Positions 39,383-51,687 of a stretch of DNA of 64,000 bases are shown here, one piece after another. Both the position numbers and the translations under genes were made by a program. The stretch comes from Lingula anatina (taxonomy: Eukaryota > Animalia > Brachiopoda): the NCBI GenBank assembly GCA_051362555.1, contig CM120640.1, positions 24,538,225 through 24,602,224 of the forward strand. The letters are read 5' to 3'. The notes under the pieces were generated by a model. It worked only from the letters and a program-made list of their open reading frames with translations, was not told the origin of the DNA and did no database searches. Numbering within the stretch: position 1 is the stretch's first letter; each line of letters begins with the position of its first letter.

Positions 39383-42300
39383 ATGGCTCAAGGTAAGAAG
39401 CAATTTTAGCTTTTCTTAATTCCTAGTTGCTATACACTAAAATGAGACTGTCTGCACTGTGACTTCGTGACGTCATACGAGACTGGAAAACGAGAATCTG
39501 GGAAAGGTGGGACCATCCTTTTAGCAATCTGACTGAAACTCTGTGCTCCAGGAGTATCAGCTTAGAAAGCAACCTAAAACTGACGTGTGAAACATAGACA
39601 AAACAGGCTGTAATTCTATAGAACTTGAGAGAAAATGAGCAGAAAAATATGTGGGTAAATTTTATCAGCTTTTATTCTTTGCCTCACTGCATTCATTAGT
39701 AATTTTTGACCCACTCTCCTCTAAATCTGGCAAAATCCACTTCATTTTACACCAAGTCTCTAGACTTTGGTGTCTTAGTCAATGTTTATAAGTTGTGATA
39801 AGGAAAATTATGATTATTACATAAAAGGTAAGCTATAGAATGTGGAAAAGATAGGGAGAAATTATAACTAAAAAAGTTTACTAGAAAACTTCTTGCTATT
39901 ATAACACATTAGAGGAATGTTTACACTTTGATTAATGGCTCCTTTGGTATCTTTGTACATTACAGTTGTGAAGAGGCATGAGAAAATTCATGCGATAACG
40001 TTTTGGTAAAATTCTCTAAATAATTACTTTTTAAATCTATATATTAAATTTAAAAATGGAAATCATGCTACTTTTATGTATCATTAGTACTAGTACCAAG
40101 GGTTTTCCTAGCCAACTGTCCAGCCGTCATTTGGACGGCAGCCAGCATCACCACATGGCCTATATTTTCAAAGGCTGGATGGCTTATGAATTTTTTTTTT
40201 TGGAAATATGACGCCGTTAGGCATACCTGAAATTGTAGGAAATTACAGGTGGTAATTTTGGACAACCTGTACCCCCAATCCTGGGAAAAGCCTTGACTAG
40301 TACAGCTTTTTAATGATACATCTGTTTTTAAATCATCTTATTCAATGAAAGAGCAGAGCTCTACTCTTTATATTTGAAGAATATGATGAAAAGCTAAGAA
40401 TTATGGTAGTTAAAATTTTTATAGAAGGTTTAGTTATGACCATGAATGAAATTGCCTTAGTAGTACTTATCTTTTATAAACAATCACCTTTTTTGAAGAT
40501 ACATTGTTGGCCACAGCAAAACATAATTCATTAGGCTGTCACAGCAAAATTACATTAAAAGAGCAATGGAATGCAATTAATTGGTCATAAAGATAGTGGG
40601 TATTAAATAATTTTTGTGAGTCTAAAGCAAATCAAAAGAAATAAGCAATGGTTTTTTTTCTAGACACAAAATTGAAAAAAAAAGTAAATAAGAAATTTTA
40701 CTGATAATATTTAACTGATAATATTAAAAACAAGAATGGCTTTATGATTAATATATTTATATTAGCACTGTCTTTGCAGTATTGATTCTGTATTAGGAGA
40801 CTAACTTTGTACTTTACATTTCAGTTTTTGATAGCTAAACCTACCCTGGACATTTGGTGCTGTGACAATATAACCTTTAATTATGCTGGGAAATAAATTA
40901 GACAGCATCACACTTTTTACGTTATTTTATCTCTCTCTTCTCATAGTATGCAAATGGCTGGGTGTTTTCCTCTGTTTAAGAGAGAACCCCAAAAGAGACC
41001 CAAGATGTGCGGAAGTCAGTATGTACGAGGCTATAATTGTTTGGAAAGGTACATGATGTGGCAGCATTTTTAAAGACATATACTTGTGTTGGAAACCCAA
41101 GAGAAGCATGTACCAGAGAGCAATATTGGACAGTATGAGCTTTTCATGTACATGATGTTGCACTATGCCTTATATTGCATCTTCCCGTGTAGTCATAACC
41201 TTGGTGTTTATGATGTCTGTTTCTCATTAAAATGTATAGAGATTTTTTTATTTTATATTGCAGAAAAATGTTTTGTTCTTTTTTGTGTAACCATGTTTAT
41301 GAACTGAAGATATGCAACTTATTTTTTCAACTATCAGTATAACCCACTATGTAGCCTTGAAAGGTCCACTGTTTCCATATTTTTCTTCGTGTATACAGAT
41401 GTTATTATGGGTGAACCATTTGTAAATTTGAATAGTGTTTCATTTTTCCTCCCATTACATATCTGTATTGATTTTTCTAGCTCTCTGGTTGCCGTCCCAG
41501 TATTGTTTAGTGTAGCCATAAATGTTCTGGTCTGGGCTGCATGCTTTAACTGTGATCACTGCTTTTACTGTATTGATTTTATTTGGATTGCTTACAAGTT
41601 CCTGCATATTTTGTATTTCATAATGCTGTTTTGTCTAGTAATTTGTAAATGTGTTATTGATTTTTTTTTCTGAAAAAATTGCTTGATGCTTTCATGATTC
41701 CTGAAGAATGATAATTAGTAGATTAAGAGGTCTGAATTCATTTGTTGCCTATTCTAATTTTTGTGTTCTGGGTAGTATCCATCTCTTATTTTCATTCCAG
41801 ACTCTTGACTTATCTGTGGTCGTGGAGAAAGTGTGTTGATAGATTCTATATTTGGGCATTTTTGAATTGGTGACGTTGAGATATATACATTCAAAAACAA
41901 ATATCAGTTCCACCAATGAACTAAATGCTTTTGATTGTTAAGAATTTCCAAAGCTCGGGAATTGACTGTTGCATCATTACTCTTTTTTCCTTTGCAAAAT
42001 AACCACTAGTATTTGCTAATGGAAGTTAACTCTGTTGCCAGAAACCCCAAAGGAAAGTGCAGGTGGAGTGGCTTATGAGGTTATCTTGAAGCCAGCCACT
42101 GCAGATAATGTCCCTACAAGACCAGCCTCTCCACCCAAGGAGATCACCCACGATCACATTGTGAAAAAGCTGAAGCAGGCAGAAGAGAGACGACAGGTAG
42201 AGGAAAAAATGCCCTCATTTTTATTGGAATGCTTCCTGTAATAGATTGTTAATTTGATATCTTAATTTCAATAGTCTTCCTTTTCATCTCCTGTACATGG

Positions 42301-43141
42301 TTGACAATCGGGTATTATTTCCATAACCAAGTCTGATTGATTTTCCCTGTGTCACGAACTTTGGATGTTACTGGTCATATTAGAAAAGTACAGACTGATT
42401 TATTTTGTGTTTTTTTTTATGTTAAGTCCCTGGAAGCCCAGAAGTTAGAAAAACTTGCTCAAGACCGTGCCAGGGCCCAGGAGGTAGTTGCCAAAGCACA
42501 AGAAGAAGAGGAAGCTTTTGCAAAGGCGGCAAAGGAGAAACTAGAACAGGATCTGCTGGCCAAGGAGCAAAACAGAGAAGCGCAGATTAAATCTCTACAG
42601 ACCAAGCTCAAAGAACATGTAAGACATTAATTTAGAGATATTCCCAGATTATTTGGCTTTTTTTCCCTCAGGCATGTGTAACATATTTATGAGTGTAGGG
42701 TAGATTTTAATCATTGTAATAAATTAAATGAAAAGACTATTTTGGCGTAGTAAGCAAATGGATATGGACCTTAACAATTGGTGTCAGCTAGTACATCAAT
42801 TGAATACATTTAAATTCTATGGAAGTGATTTATTGATCTCTGTACAGATGATGTATAAATCTTTTGGTTTTTTAGGAGAAGAAAGTGCAGGAAGTACGTA
42901 CCGCCAGTGAAACTGCAGCTCGTGAACTCCAAGAAAGAATTGCACAGAAGCTTGAAGAAGCAGAGGAAAAGCGTCAGAGTCAGCTGACTGAATTGCTGGA
43001 ACGTCTGAAGGAACATGTGAGTAATTGCTGTCCAGCACAAGTTCTTAACAAATACATAAGGACTAACTGCTTACACATACTTTGAAGATTTATCCTGTCC
43101 TTAAGATAATTCTAAATTGTATATACTTGTGAAATGAGTAT

Positions 43142-43208
<67 letters not shown>

Positions 43209-44548
43209 TTATTTATTTATTTATTTATTTATTTTTTTATATAAACAGCTTTGTTATGCAGTCACTTGAATTGGACATAAATTTCCCAGGAAATTGACAT
43301 ATGGACAAAAATTGAAAATGTTTTTAGGCAAAAGAGCACTTGAACCCTACATTTCCTTGGGATTATCACATAAGGGACATATTTGTTTCATTCTTTTTCT
43401 GAATTGAATTATTAAATTTTGAATTAAATTTTTAAAATGGCCACACTGCTAGTGTCTGATGTAACATGCTAGTACATGTAGGCATGGAAATACAATTGTT
43501 TATTTTAAAAAATTATAATATTTGGAAATCTGCTTTTACAAATTTATTTTAATATAAATAAAAAAGAAGGTATTTTGAGTAAGTACAACTATAAGTTGAC
43601 GAAAGTAATAATTTGTTGCGCAAGTTGTGATTTGACTCTGTTCGAATCGAAGGATAGCACTTTATAACAGTCAGCGGTCTTGATGGGCACAGTAATTCTA
43701 TTTTCTGATTATGTGCACCAGATCCACCAATAATAGTAAAACAGTCTGACAAACATATAATACATAATTTTAATAATGCGTTAAAGTTTATTTATCCTTA
43801 GAATGTGTTGTTACAGGAGAAGCACATTGATGAGGTCCGTCAAACCAGCAGCAGCTTCAGCAAGTGCACACAGGAGAAAATGATCCAAAAGATGGAAACC
43901 ACGCTGAAGAACAGAGAAGACCAACTGAACCAGATGATTGAAAGACTTCGGGAGCATGTAAGTTCAGCTGCTGGGTGTTGGTGTTCCGTGTCAGTGATTT
44001 AAGTGCATACAATAGTCTTAGTGGCAGAACAGGCTTGAAAAATATTGCGAGGCCACCACTTTTTTCAAAATTTTGTGATTTGCTTATCTAAAACCATACA
44101 AGTTATTTTTGTGATTACCCTGCATGAATGGTTGTCTCAAATTTGGAACTGAGGGGTTTCTCTTTCCTATTGGCAGTGCTGGAAAGTACAAGGAACTGTA
44201 GTCCGCACTTCCTTGCAGAAAGTGAGTCACTCTTTGCTTGTTCTGCTGTGCATGACTAGTAATATTTCCATTTTTTGAGCCAAGAATTTCACATGATCAG
44301 TTACATTTATTTGTCCTCTTTTAATGAAGTTTTTCTTGTATTTTACATTTGCCAGGTTTTTAAATCGTTCATTATTATTATTTTATAATATTGCTTTATT
44401 ATAATTATTATTATTATTTGCATAATAGTTTATTAAATAAAGGCAATGATCATTTTAGGAGCGTCACGCAGAAGAAGTACGCAACAAGAAGAAACCAATC
44501 AGCCCAACTGAGGGAGATAAGGAGAACATGCAAATAAATGTTCAGTAA
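39383..44548 (+). CDS. STMN: Stathmin family protein with four tubulin-binding repeats, about 242 aa
   Basis: Coding exons 39383-39392 (MAQ; exon starts 39331), 42042-42196 (GGVAYEVILKP..PASPPKE..KKLKQAEERRQ), 42427-42618 (SLEAQKLEKLA..NREAQIKSLQTKLKEH), 42876-43016, 43817-43957, 44459-44548 (ERHAEEVRNKK..stop TAA). Stathmin signature motifs are present. A non-coding first exon probably ends at 37112; AATAAA at 45724. Confidence 0.93.
40097..40295. mobile_element. hAT-type MITE, 199 bp, in a stathmin intron
   Basis: TIRs CAAGGGTTTTCCTAG / CTGGGAAAAGCCTTG (13 of 15 match). Perfect 8-bp target-site duplication ACTAGTAC at 40089-40096 and 40296-40303. Confidence 0.88.
40947..41048 (+). CDS. Candidate alternative cassette exon of stathmin (Cys/hydrophobic N-terminal extension)
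   Basis: Long pyrimidine tract TTATTTTATCTCTCTCTTCTCATAG| and donor AAG|GTACAT. The exon is 102 nt, phase 1-1 and stop-free, giving MAQ-VCKWLGVFLCLRENPKRDPRCAEVSMYEAIIVWK-ETPKE. Confidence 0.55.
43146..43232 (+). repeat. Compound microsatellite (TA)n + (TTTA)n
   Basis: About 30 TA units followed by TTTA units in a stathmin intron. Confidence 0.95.
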
Positions 44549-45723
44549 AGCAGGACCTGTGCACAAGAAATTCCCATGTACATATGCCACAAAGACATTG
44601 TGCTGATCATCATGCATGCAATGATCAACTTTCAACAATGCCTGTAGAAACCTATCACAAGTGAAATGCAACTGATGCTGTGGAGTGAAGGTGTGCTAGA
44701 TGTCCTTTTTCTTCTTTTTTGTCTCAATTTATGACAAACCTGTTACCAAATAATGGTGTCAAGTTGTAATTGTTGTTATAGGTACCACATGATGTTTTTG
44801 AAGCATAAAGGATTTGACTTGGTTGATGACTGATATTGTTTATCTAGTTTTCTTCAGCTTTACCTTGTAGACTTCTATATTGTCATTTAGCATTTTGACT
44901 AAAAAGGGCAAGATGGCGAACTGTGTTCTTTCTTTTTGTCATTTTGGCAGTAGTAGGACTAAAACTTGGGTAATCTATGAGGAATTTCATACGTATAGAG
45001 CCTGTGTGCAGAGCCCTTGATGTAAAATATTGTGTGCTACTTCTTGAAATATTGAATAGTTTTAGTATTAAAGTGGCTTAAAATAATGTGATTTGTTTTA
45101 CAATTTCCAGTAATTTGACCTAAAACCAACTGTGCATGAGTGGTATATATGCAGTGTGTTTTCATATCCAAGGTTTGTGTTGATAGCCTTATCTTGTCAG
45201 TAAGAAGTGTGACTATGACTAATACTCAAATCTGCTCTAAGTGTGCCAAAATTTGCATGAAAGTGAATTATATCACTCTGTCAATTTGCAGTGTATATTT
45301 GTACAGCATTGTTTTTGTTTTTTTTCTACTTTTACCATTTGCTCATATAAATTAATCTCTTAAAGCTTTTGTCTATGTAACATAAGACATAGCAGTGTTC
45401 TTTGGAAAATAATCTTATAATCAATTTTTGAAGTTAAACTCAATTACTGTAGGCTAAGAAAAATATGTAGGTCTGCCAGCTGATATATCTTAATATACAT
45501 AATAGCTTCGCATGTTCACACAAGTAAAATAAAAGTATTCGGTATAAAGTCTAAGTTTATTTTGTACAATTTTGCTTTTTGAGTTTTTACTTTTTTCATA
45601 TTTTCATATTTTGAATTTACACAGTAAAACAGCTAAGGCTTCCTTGTGTCACTGGTATTGTAGTATGTAGGTAGTTACAATCTTAGGTTATTGTTGCATT
45701 CATGTGCACATATGTATGGCTGT

Positions 45724-45729
45724 AATAAA
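45724..45729 (+). terminator. Candidate polyadenylation signal of stathmin
   Basis: TGTAATAAAACACA at the end of a T/G-rich 3' UTR-like stretch of about 1.2 kb. Confidence 0.5.
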
Positions 45730-47685
45730 ACACATTTGTCTTGGACATGTGATTCAATTGTTATTATGACATTTCAATACCATCCTCTGCCAAATTGCTG
45801 GAAGACTAGTTGTTCCCTAAAAATCAAAGTTGTTGACCCCCCATACACCATTTTTTGCTTAAAAATAAATCTGATAAAATCCAATGTTTTGAAGAAAGAA
45901 AAAATATCTTTTGCTGCAACTATATTTATTCAATTAGAGGCCATTCAGAACAGATCTGAGGATCTATGGATCGAATATGGCAGTCCCTACCTGAAAGAAG
46001 AGCCGACTAATCTGTTCATGCACATCCTCAATTTTTTGTTATGAATGAGGCCTTAGACTCTACCTTGAACTGGACAGAAAAGGTAAAGAAGCACAATGCA
46101 TTCTCGCTATCTGTAAATGAAGCAGCTGGTGAAGTAATGTGTACAGGTTAATCTGTTCAGGCAGAAATAACTGGTTCTTTTCACCAATTTGGAGAGGGTG
46201 TGGTGCAACTGTACAGTGATTGGCTGCTATGATAGCTGTCTGACCAAAACTATTCCCAAAGAAACAACTTTTTAACAAGGTTAAATGCGCTGAAAAGCCC
46301 TGTAGTAATATGTATTGCACATCCTTCACTTTCTAAAAGGTTGACCATTGGTAAGATATCTACAATTCCTATTATATTTCAATTTACTATTCCCAATTTT
46401 TCATTGTCTTCTGCTTGTGAACTCGTACAGTAATACGGCAGGAGCATTCGGACATATTTCTGCCATTACTAGAATCAATTAAGCTGTATGTGCAAATACT
46501 TTTTTTAAAAACGTGCTCTGGGATTTAAAAAAAATCAATAGAAATAAAACCAAGCAAATATAAGAAATTGGCAGAAGAGTTTATGTTTTAAAAGCATTTG
46601 CAGAAAATGATACACTATGCACACAAAAAACATTTTGGGCATAGGGAGGACCCTTCATTATTTTACTGATTTATTTACTGGAGGGGCTCAACATTCTATA
46701 GCGTTCACTATTGTTCACTTACATTGGAGTATGGTCTTACTACAATACTTAAAAAGAGGTCATTAAATAATTAGCAAAGATTATGACCTTATATTTGTGA
46801 ATATGAGGTCTGATAAAACATCCTGACCTCTGCTAAAGTTGATAATTGTATAATACCTCATGTGCAACGTACATTCAAAGGTTATTCTATTCTTTTGATT
46901 ACCACTTTGATTCCTAATTTTCATATTAAAGAATCTTTCTATAATTTTTCTTTCCTCTTAGACTACTACCTTATTTACAGCTTTCACAGTACACTACGTA
47001 GGTATTTAACAAGCCATTTCTGCCACTGGTCCCTAGTCTAGTTTCAAGACCATCAGCCCTGCAGTTGTTACTTATGTCAATCTACGTGTACAATTGATTT
47101 GAATGCAAATTTATTAGTACCGAAAAATATGAAGATTAGATCCCTACCTTCGTAAAATCCTACTGACAGATCAAATTAAACTATTTTTTGCAAATTTAAG
47201 TAGATGTGCACAATACACGTTTCAAGCTAACTGACTCAAATGCTTAAAAGTCAAACTTATCATGGATACAAGTTTCTTTGTTGACTGTTGAATATGCATG
47301 GATTATCTCAGCACCTAGAAATTTACAAATGATGTTGTAAAGGTGTATATTGTCCAGTTCAAATGTTATTATATCCGCATGTCCATGATACTCTTAACTG
47401 GGCAACAATAATGGGACATGGCCATCAAAATTTGCGTATGGCAACAATCTTGTGAGCATGCTCTCCGCTGAGAATTTCAGTGTATTCTTGTCTTAGGCTT
47501 TACATAGTTTACATCAATTACAAAACATCTGTTGTACTTTCTTCATAGTTAGAGCATAGTAAAGGCATGAAGATGACATGTCTATTATATCACACGCACT
47601 TTCTCCAGGTTGATACCTGTAGAATACAGTAATTCCTGACTTTTTCTCTTTTTTTTATTGTCTCTACTCTGTACAGGTCAATGTG

Positions 47686-49781
47686 TCAGCTTGGCATCTT
47701 ATTCAACCTATCCATCAACCAGTCAGGCTGAAAATAAACATTTAGATAGGTCAAATCAAATATATCATACAACATATCCTTTAAAAAATGGTAATTGGTT
47801 CATCCATAGGGTCTTTTATTTAGTTGAAAATGTCAGGATACCTATTGTAAAAAGGCTAACTAACTGAAAAAGTCATAAAAAAGGAAACTTTAGTTACCCA
47901 AATATGCTTGTGATTTTGACACGATGAACACAAGCAATTATATATCTGATCAAAACCATATTTCATATCCTGCTCTTGTTCAGGTATATACTTACAGTTA
48001 CAAACCACAGAGAATTGGGTTTAAAGATCTGTCTGGATATGAAGCCTGCTTCTGACACTGGATGTATAACATGTAGGTGCAAGTGGTAGATCAAGCAAAA
48101 CGGTGGCCAATGAAAACCAAATCTGAAACATTTAAAGATTATAGAATAAGACGATAATAAGAAAAAGTTTTAAGTGTTGCAATCTTCACTCACTTATTGC
48201 TATTCCTGTTAAACACAATCAACAGTGGGATGCAAGATAGTATACCAGTATGTAGCAGTATGAGAAAAAAAAACAAAAGATTGGAGAACAATTATGAGTC
48301 TTTTTCCTAACAAACAAATATGCAAAATAAATAAATAAAAACAATGTTTTAAAAGGGCACACAATTTTTTGATAATATTACCTTGCTTTGGTTACCTCTC
48401 CACCATGTTCCTGTAACACCTGTTCACCAATCTTCACCATTGTGGTAACTGAAGATGTGTAACAGAATAAAAATTGAGTGCAACATAAAACCAATTTATA
48501 AATAATGATTTTGTTAATTTTTTGAACAGTTCCATTTCAAATGAGTTAGGGTTTAATATAAACCTGTGGAAATAATAATCATTGAAATTTTGAGGTGGGC
48601 AAGAAAAAGACTAGACAGCAAAGTTGACAGATAAACAGACACAAAAAACTATTTCTATTGCTCCATTTTTTAACAAAACAAAACATTTTGTTTTATAACA
48701 AAGTCACTTAGCAAATTTAAAAGTGCTAAAATAAAACAAAAATATGGTTTGGCTGTTTTGGGAAAGACAAAAGACAGAAGATTTTCTACTTCTATACTTA
48801 TCATGGAAACTGATACATGCCTAACTCCAAATCTTGTTTTTTCAGACTTTTGGCATCTGATATATGAGCTTTTGGTACAACGAGTAGATGGGTTGATGCT
48901 GCAGGTTTATGGTCTCTAAAAACTGCATATGCTTCATCCTGAAAATGTTAATCTTTTTATATTAATCTTTTCTGATAAAAGGCAAACATTTAAATTACTA
49001 CCATGGGTTATCCCATAAAGGCCTAATAACCAGTATCTAGCACACATTTTATACTTTAGTATGTATGCAAGTACTCCCTATATGGTGCTCTAGTGTGAAT
49101 CAGATAGGCACACTACTCAAAACCTAGCCTCTCCAATACCACCCATTTGTATACCTCCCATCACTCCCTCTTTCTTCTCATCTACACATAGTATGTTGTA
49201 CACTTAGTGGGTGTGTTGTACACTGCTGAAAAGTGCTATGAAAAGCAAAATTGGCCAAGGTTTGCACTGTAAGTACATGTACATTGATGTGCTCTGATAA
49301 TTTGCTTTTCAGCAGTATGCAGCATGTGTGAGCTCAAAAAGAGTAACACGTGAATGTTGCTAGGGTTTTGTGTTGTGAGACAGTGAAATCTATTCTAGTT
49401 ATGCACACGGAAGTGCAAGCTCGAGTCTATTTACTCACTGTAAGACAATGTACATCACAAGGATCTACACTTAATGTTTACTTAATGTATCACTTGTCTA
49501 TAATAATATTAATAGAAGAAGAAAAAAAGGAAAGCTGCGAAAGACAGTTTCAGAGTAATACAGAATGGTGTCAATGGCCTGGGCAGATGCCAAAGGAAAT
49601 GACAAGAATACTCCAGTTTTCATTCTATTCCCACCCACGTTTGGAAGGAAAGGGTTAAATGCTATGTAAGTAGGACGTCATATGGTTATGTGCACGCTAC
49701 CTGAAAGAGCAACTCAGCGTTCTCATCCTTCCCGTTGGCAATTTTGCAAAATACACAAGACTGTTCGCCTGCTTCTGCCAT
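47686..49781 (-). CDS. HINT3: Histidine triad nucleotide-binding protein 3, about 144 aa, 5 exons
   Basis: Exons 49781-49701 (MAEAGEQSCVFCKIA..), 48938-48821 (VFRDHKPAASTHLLVVPKAHI), 48448-48382, 48122-47996 (FGFHWPPFCLIYHLHLHVIHP..FKPNSLWFVT), 47727-47686 (PDWLMDRLNKMPS*). It has the HIT motif HLHLH and the HINT3-type GFHxPPF motif. Intron 2 uses a GC donor. Confidence 0.93.
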
Positions 49782-50515
49782 GACTTACTGCACCTCTTGT
49801 ACTTCAATAAATGAAGAGCAACCATAATTGCATTAGTTGTGAAATGCAAGCAAATCTACACCACGTCACAATCAATGACGCTCGGCAAATGAACTTAGTA
49901 CGCGGCGGCTGGCGCATTATAAGAAAACCGGTTATATCACCTTGTGCTATATTCTGATTGTCTTCAAAATAATTGGGCGTATAGTCAAGAAACATACCAC
50001 AACATCCTTTTAATGATTATGTGAAAGTGAGCTTGCATTCCAATCTAAAAGAGAAAACGAGACTCAAACTAGGCCTATGTAGGCCTATGATCACTATAAA
50101 TAGAGAGCGTTGGGTGTTTGTTGTCCTTAAAGTTAAACTTTTCTATTTTCCCAGTTGTTAGTCCCTGCTTACATCCCCATGGCAGGAATAACAGGCCTCA
50201 ATAATGAAGAAATGATCACTACTGCTCAAAACCTTTTTATAAGAAGTGAAAAACAGAAATCAGTGAATCCTGTAGGCTAGGTCTGTCTGTTCAAGGACCT
50301 AGGTCCATCGTCTGTGTAAAGTCGAGGAAAGAGTGGTCTTGATAACCATGTATTAATAATAGGTTATTTGTCACCGTGCACCTCAACAGGGTCATACTCG
50401 GTTATTATTATAAAATTTATTGCGACTATGTTAAAATTTTCGCAAAAAAAAAAAAAAAAAAAAAAAATCGTTAAGGAAATGAAGACATGACATAGGCCAC
50501 AAACACAAATTGATG

Positions 50516-50793
50516 GCGGGGCGGATCCAGAATTTTTGAAAGGGGGGGGAGGGTCTGGTTTTTTAGGGATTGACAGGCTTCGGATTGCGAGGCCGACCCT
50601 CACCCCCTTGGTGTCAGGTTCGGGGCACGATTGCTCAAGGGCCCAGAAACAAATTGGGTGCTTTGGAGGGCAAATGGCGCCATTTGGTACGGTTTAGAAC
50701 TATGATTAATATTTTGGTCCGTTTTTTTTTAATAAGAAATCGAAGGGTCGGGGTGTCAGGACCACCCTGACTTCCCCCCTAAATACGCCACTG
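50516..50793. mobile_element. Degenerate GC-rich MITE-like insertion between HINT3 and PXDN
   Basis: GC-rich block with ends GGGGCGGATCCAG ... CTAAATACGCCACTG (imperfect inverted ends) and subterminal G and C runs. No clear TSD. Confidence 0.55.
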
Positions 50794-51687
50794 AGACCGA
50801 TTCAATAATCAACTTAGGCTACTGTTAGCGTTTCATTCATTTCATGAACATTCTCGTCGACGTACCTATTAACAAAAATCCACGTTGTTGATTTTAAAAA
50901 TATCATTCTACTGACTATCATTCTACTGAAAAGAAACTAATTTGTAGGCCTACTTCTTCGTTAGATTCCATAGTGCCCCCACTTTTCATCGATGTGAAAA
51001 AAAATTTCCTAATGCAAATTTTCGTTCAAAACCTACTTTTTATAATATAAAACAATATATTGAGCATTGTTCTATAGCATATCCTCCCAACTCACTCTCT
51101 CTGTCTCCAGCAACATATAGGCCTACCTTAACGTTGTCGCGTTTCGCGGTGATCTATTTTTACATATTCGGTTTAGGCCCTATATGTGTTTTAATATGGA
51201 CCACTGTTATGTAAAACTAACATAAAATCAGCTTCTCGTTAACGAATGAAAGGATTACCTAACCAAAAAATAATGTTAGCGTTTTCATTTTATAAAATCA
51301 TTGCCCATTAAAAATAGTCAAAAGCGATTTTTTTTATAGCCCCAGCATTCCCCATCTCCAACCGGCGTCTTGAGTGCACCGCTCTTTATTCTCCAAAGTA
51401 GTTCAAACACACTTCATTAATCATTACTCTGTTTGGATGGCCTTATAATTCAATTCAATCTCAGTGTATATTAAAGTTGAATCACCGGTTGGAGTGCGAC
51501 ACACTGCCTAACACCGCTTGAAGATAAAGGAGTCGGTAGTCGGCCTACTCGCTCCGCGAGGGCATAACTTTCAGCGCGTGCGCATTTCCTGTGTCTGTAT
51601 AGTGTTTTGTTCAGTACACACACAGCAATCGGCTGTGTAAACTGCTAAGTTAGGGGGCAGGAGCAAGAGGCCACGAAGCCGGGCAAG

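Noticed and set aside
41389-41673. Hydrophobic Cys-rich 94-aa ORF in a stathmin intron
   Set aside because: T-rich intronic composition explains it; no frame-compatible donor found.
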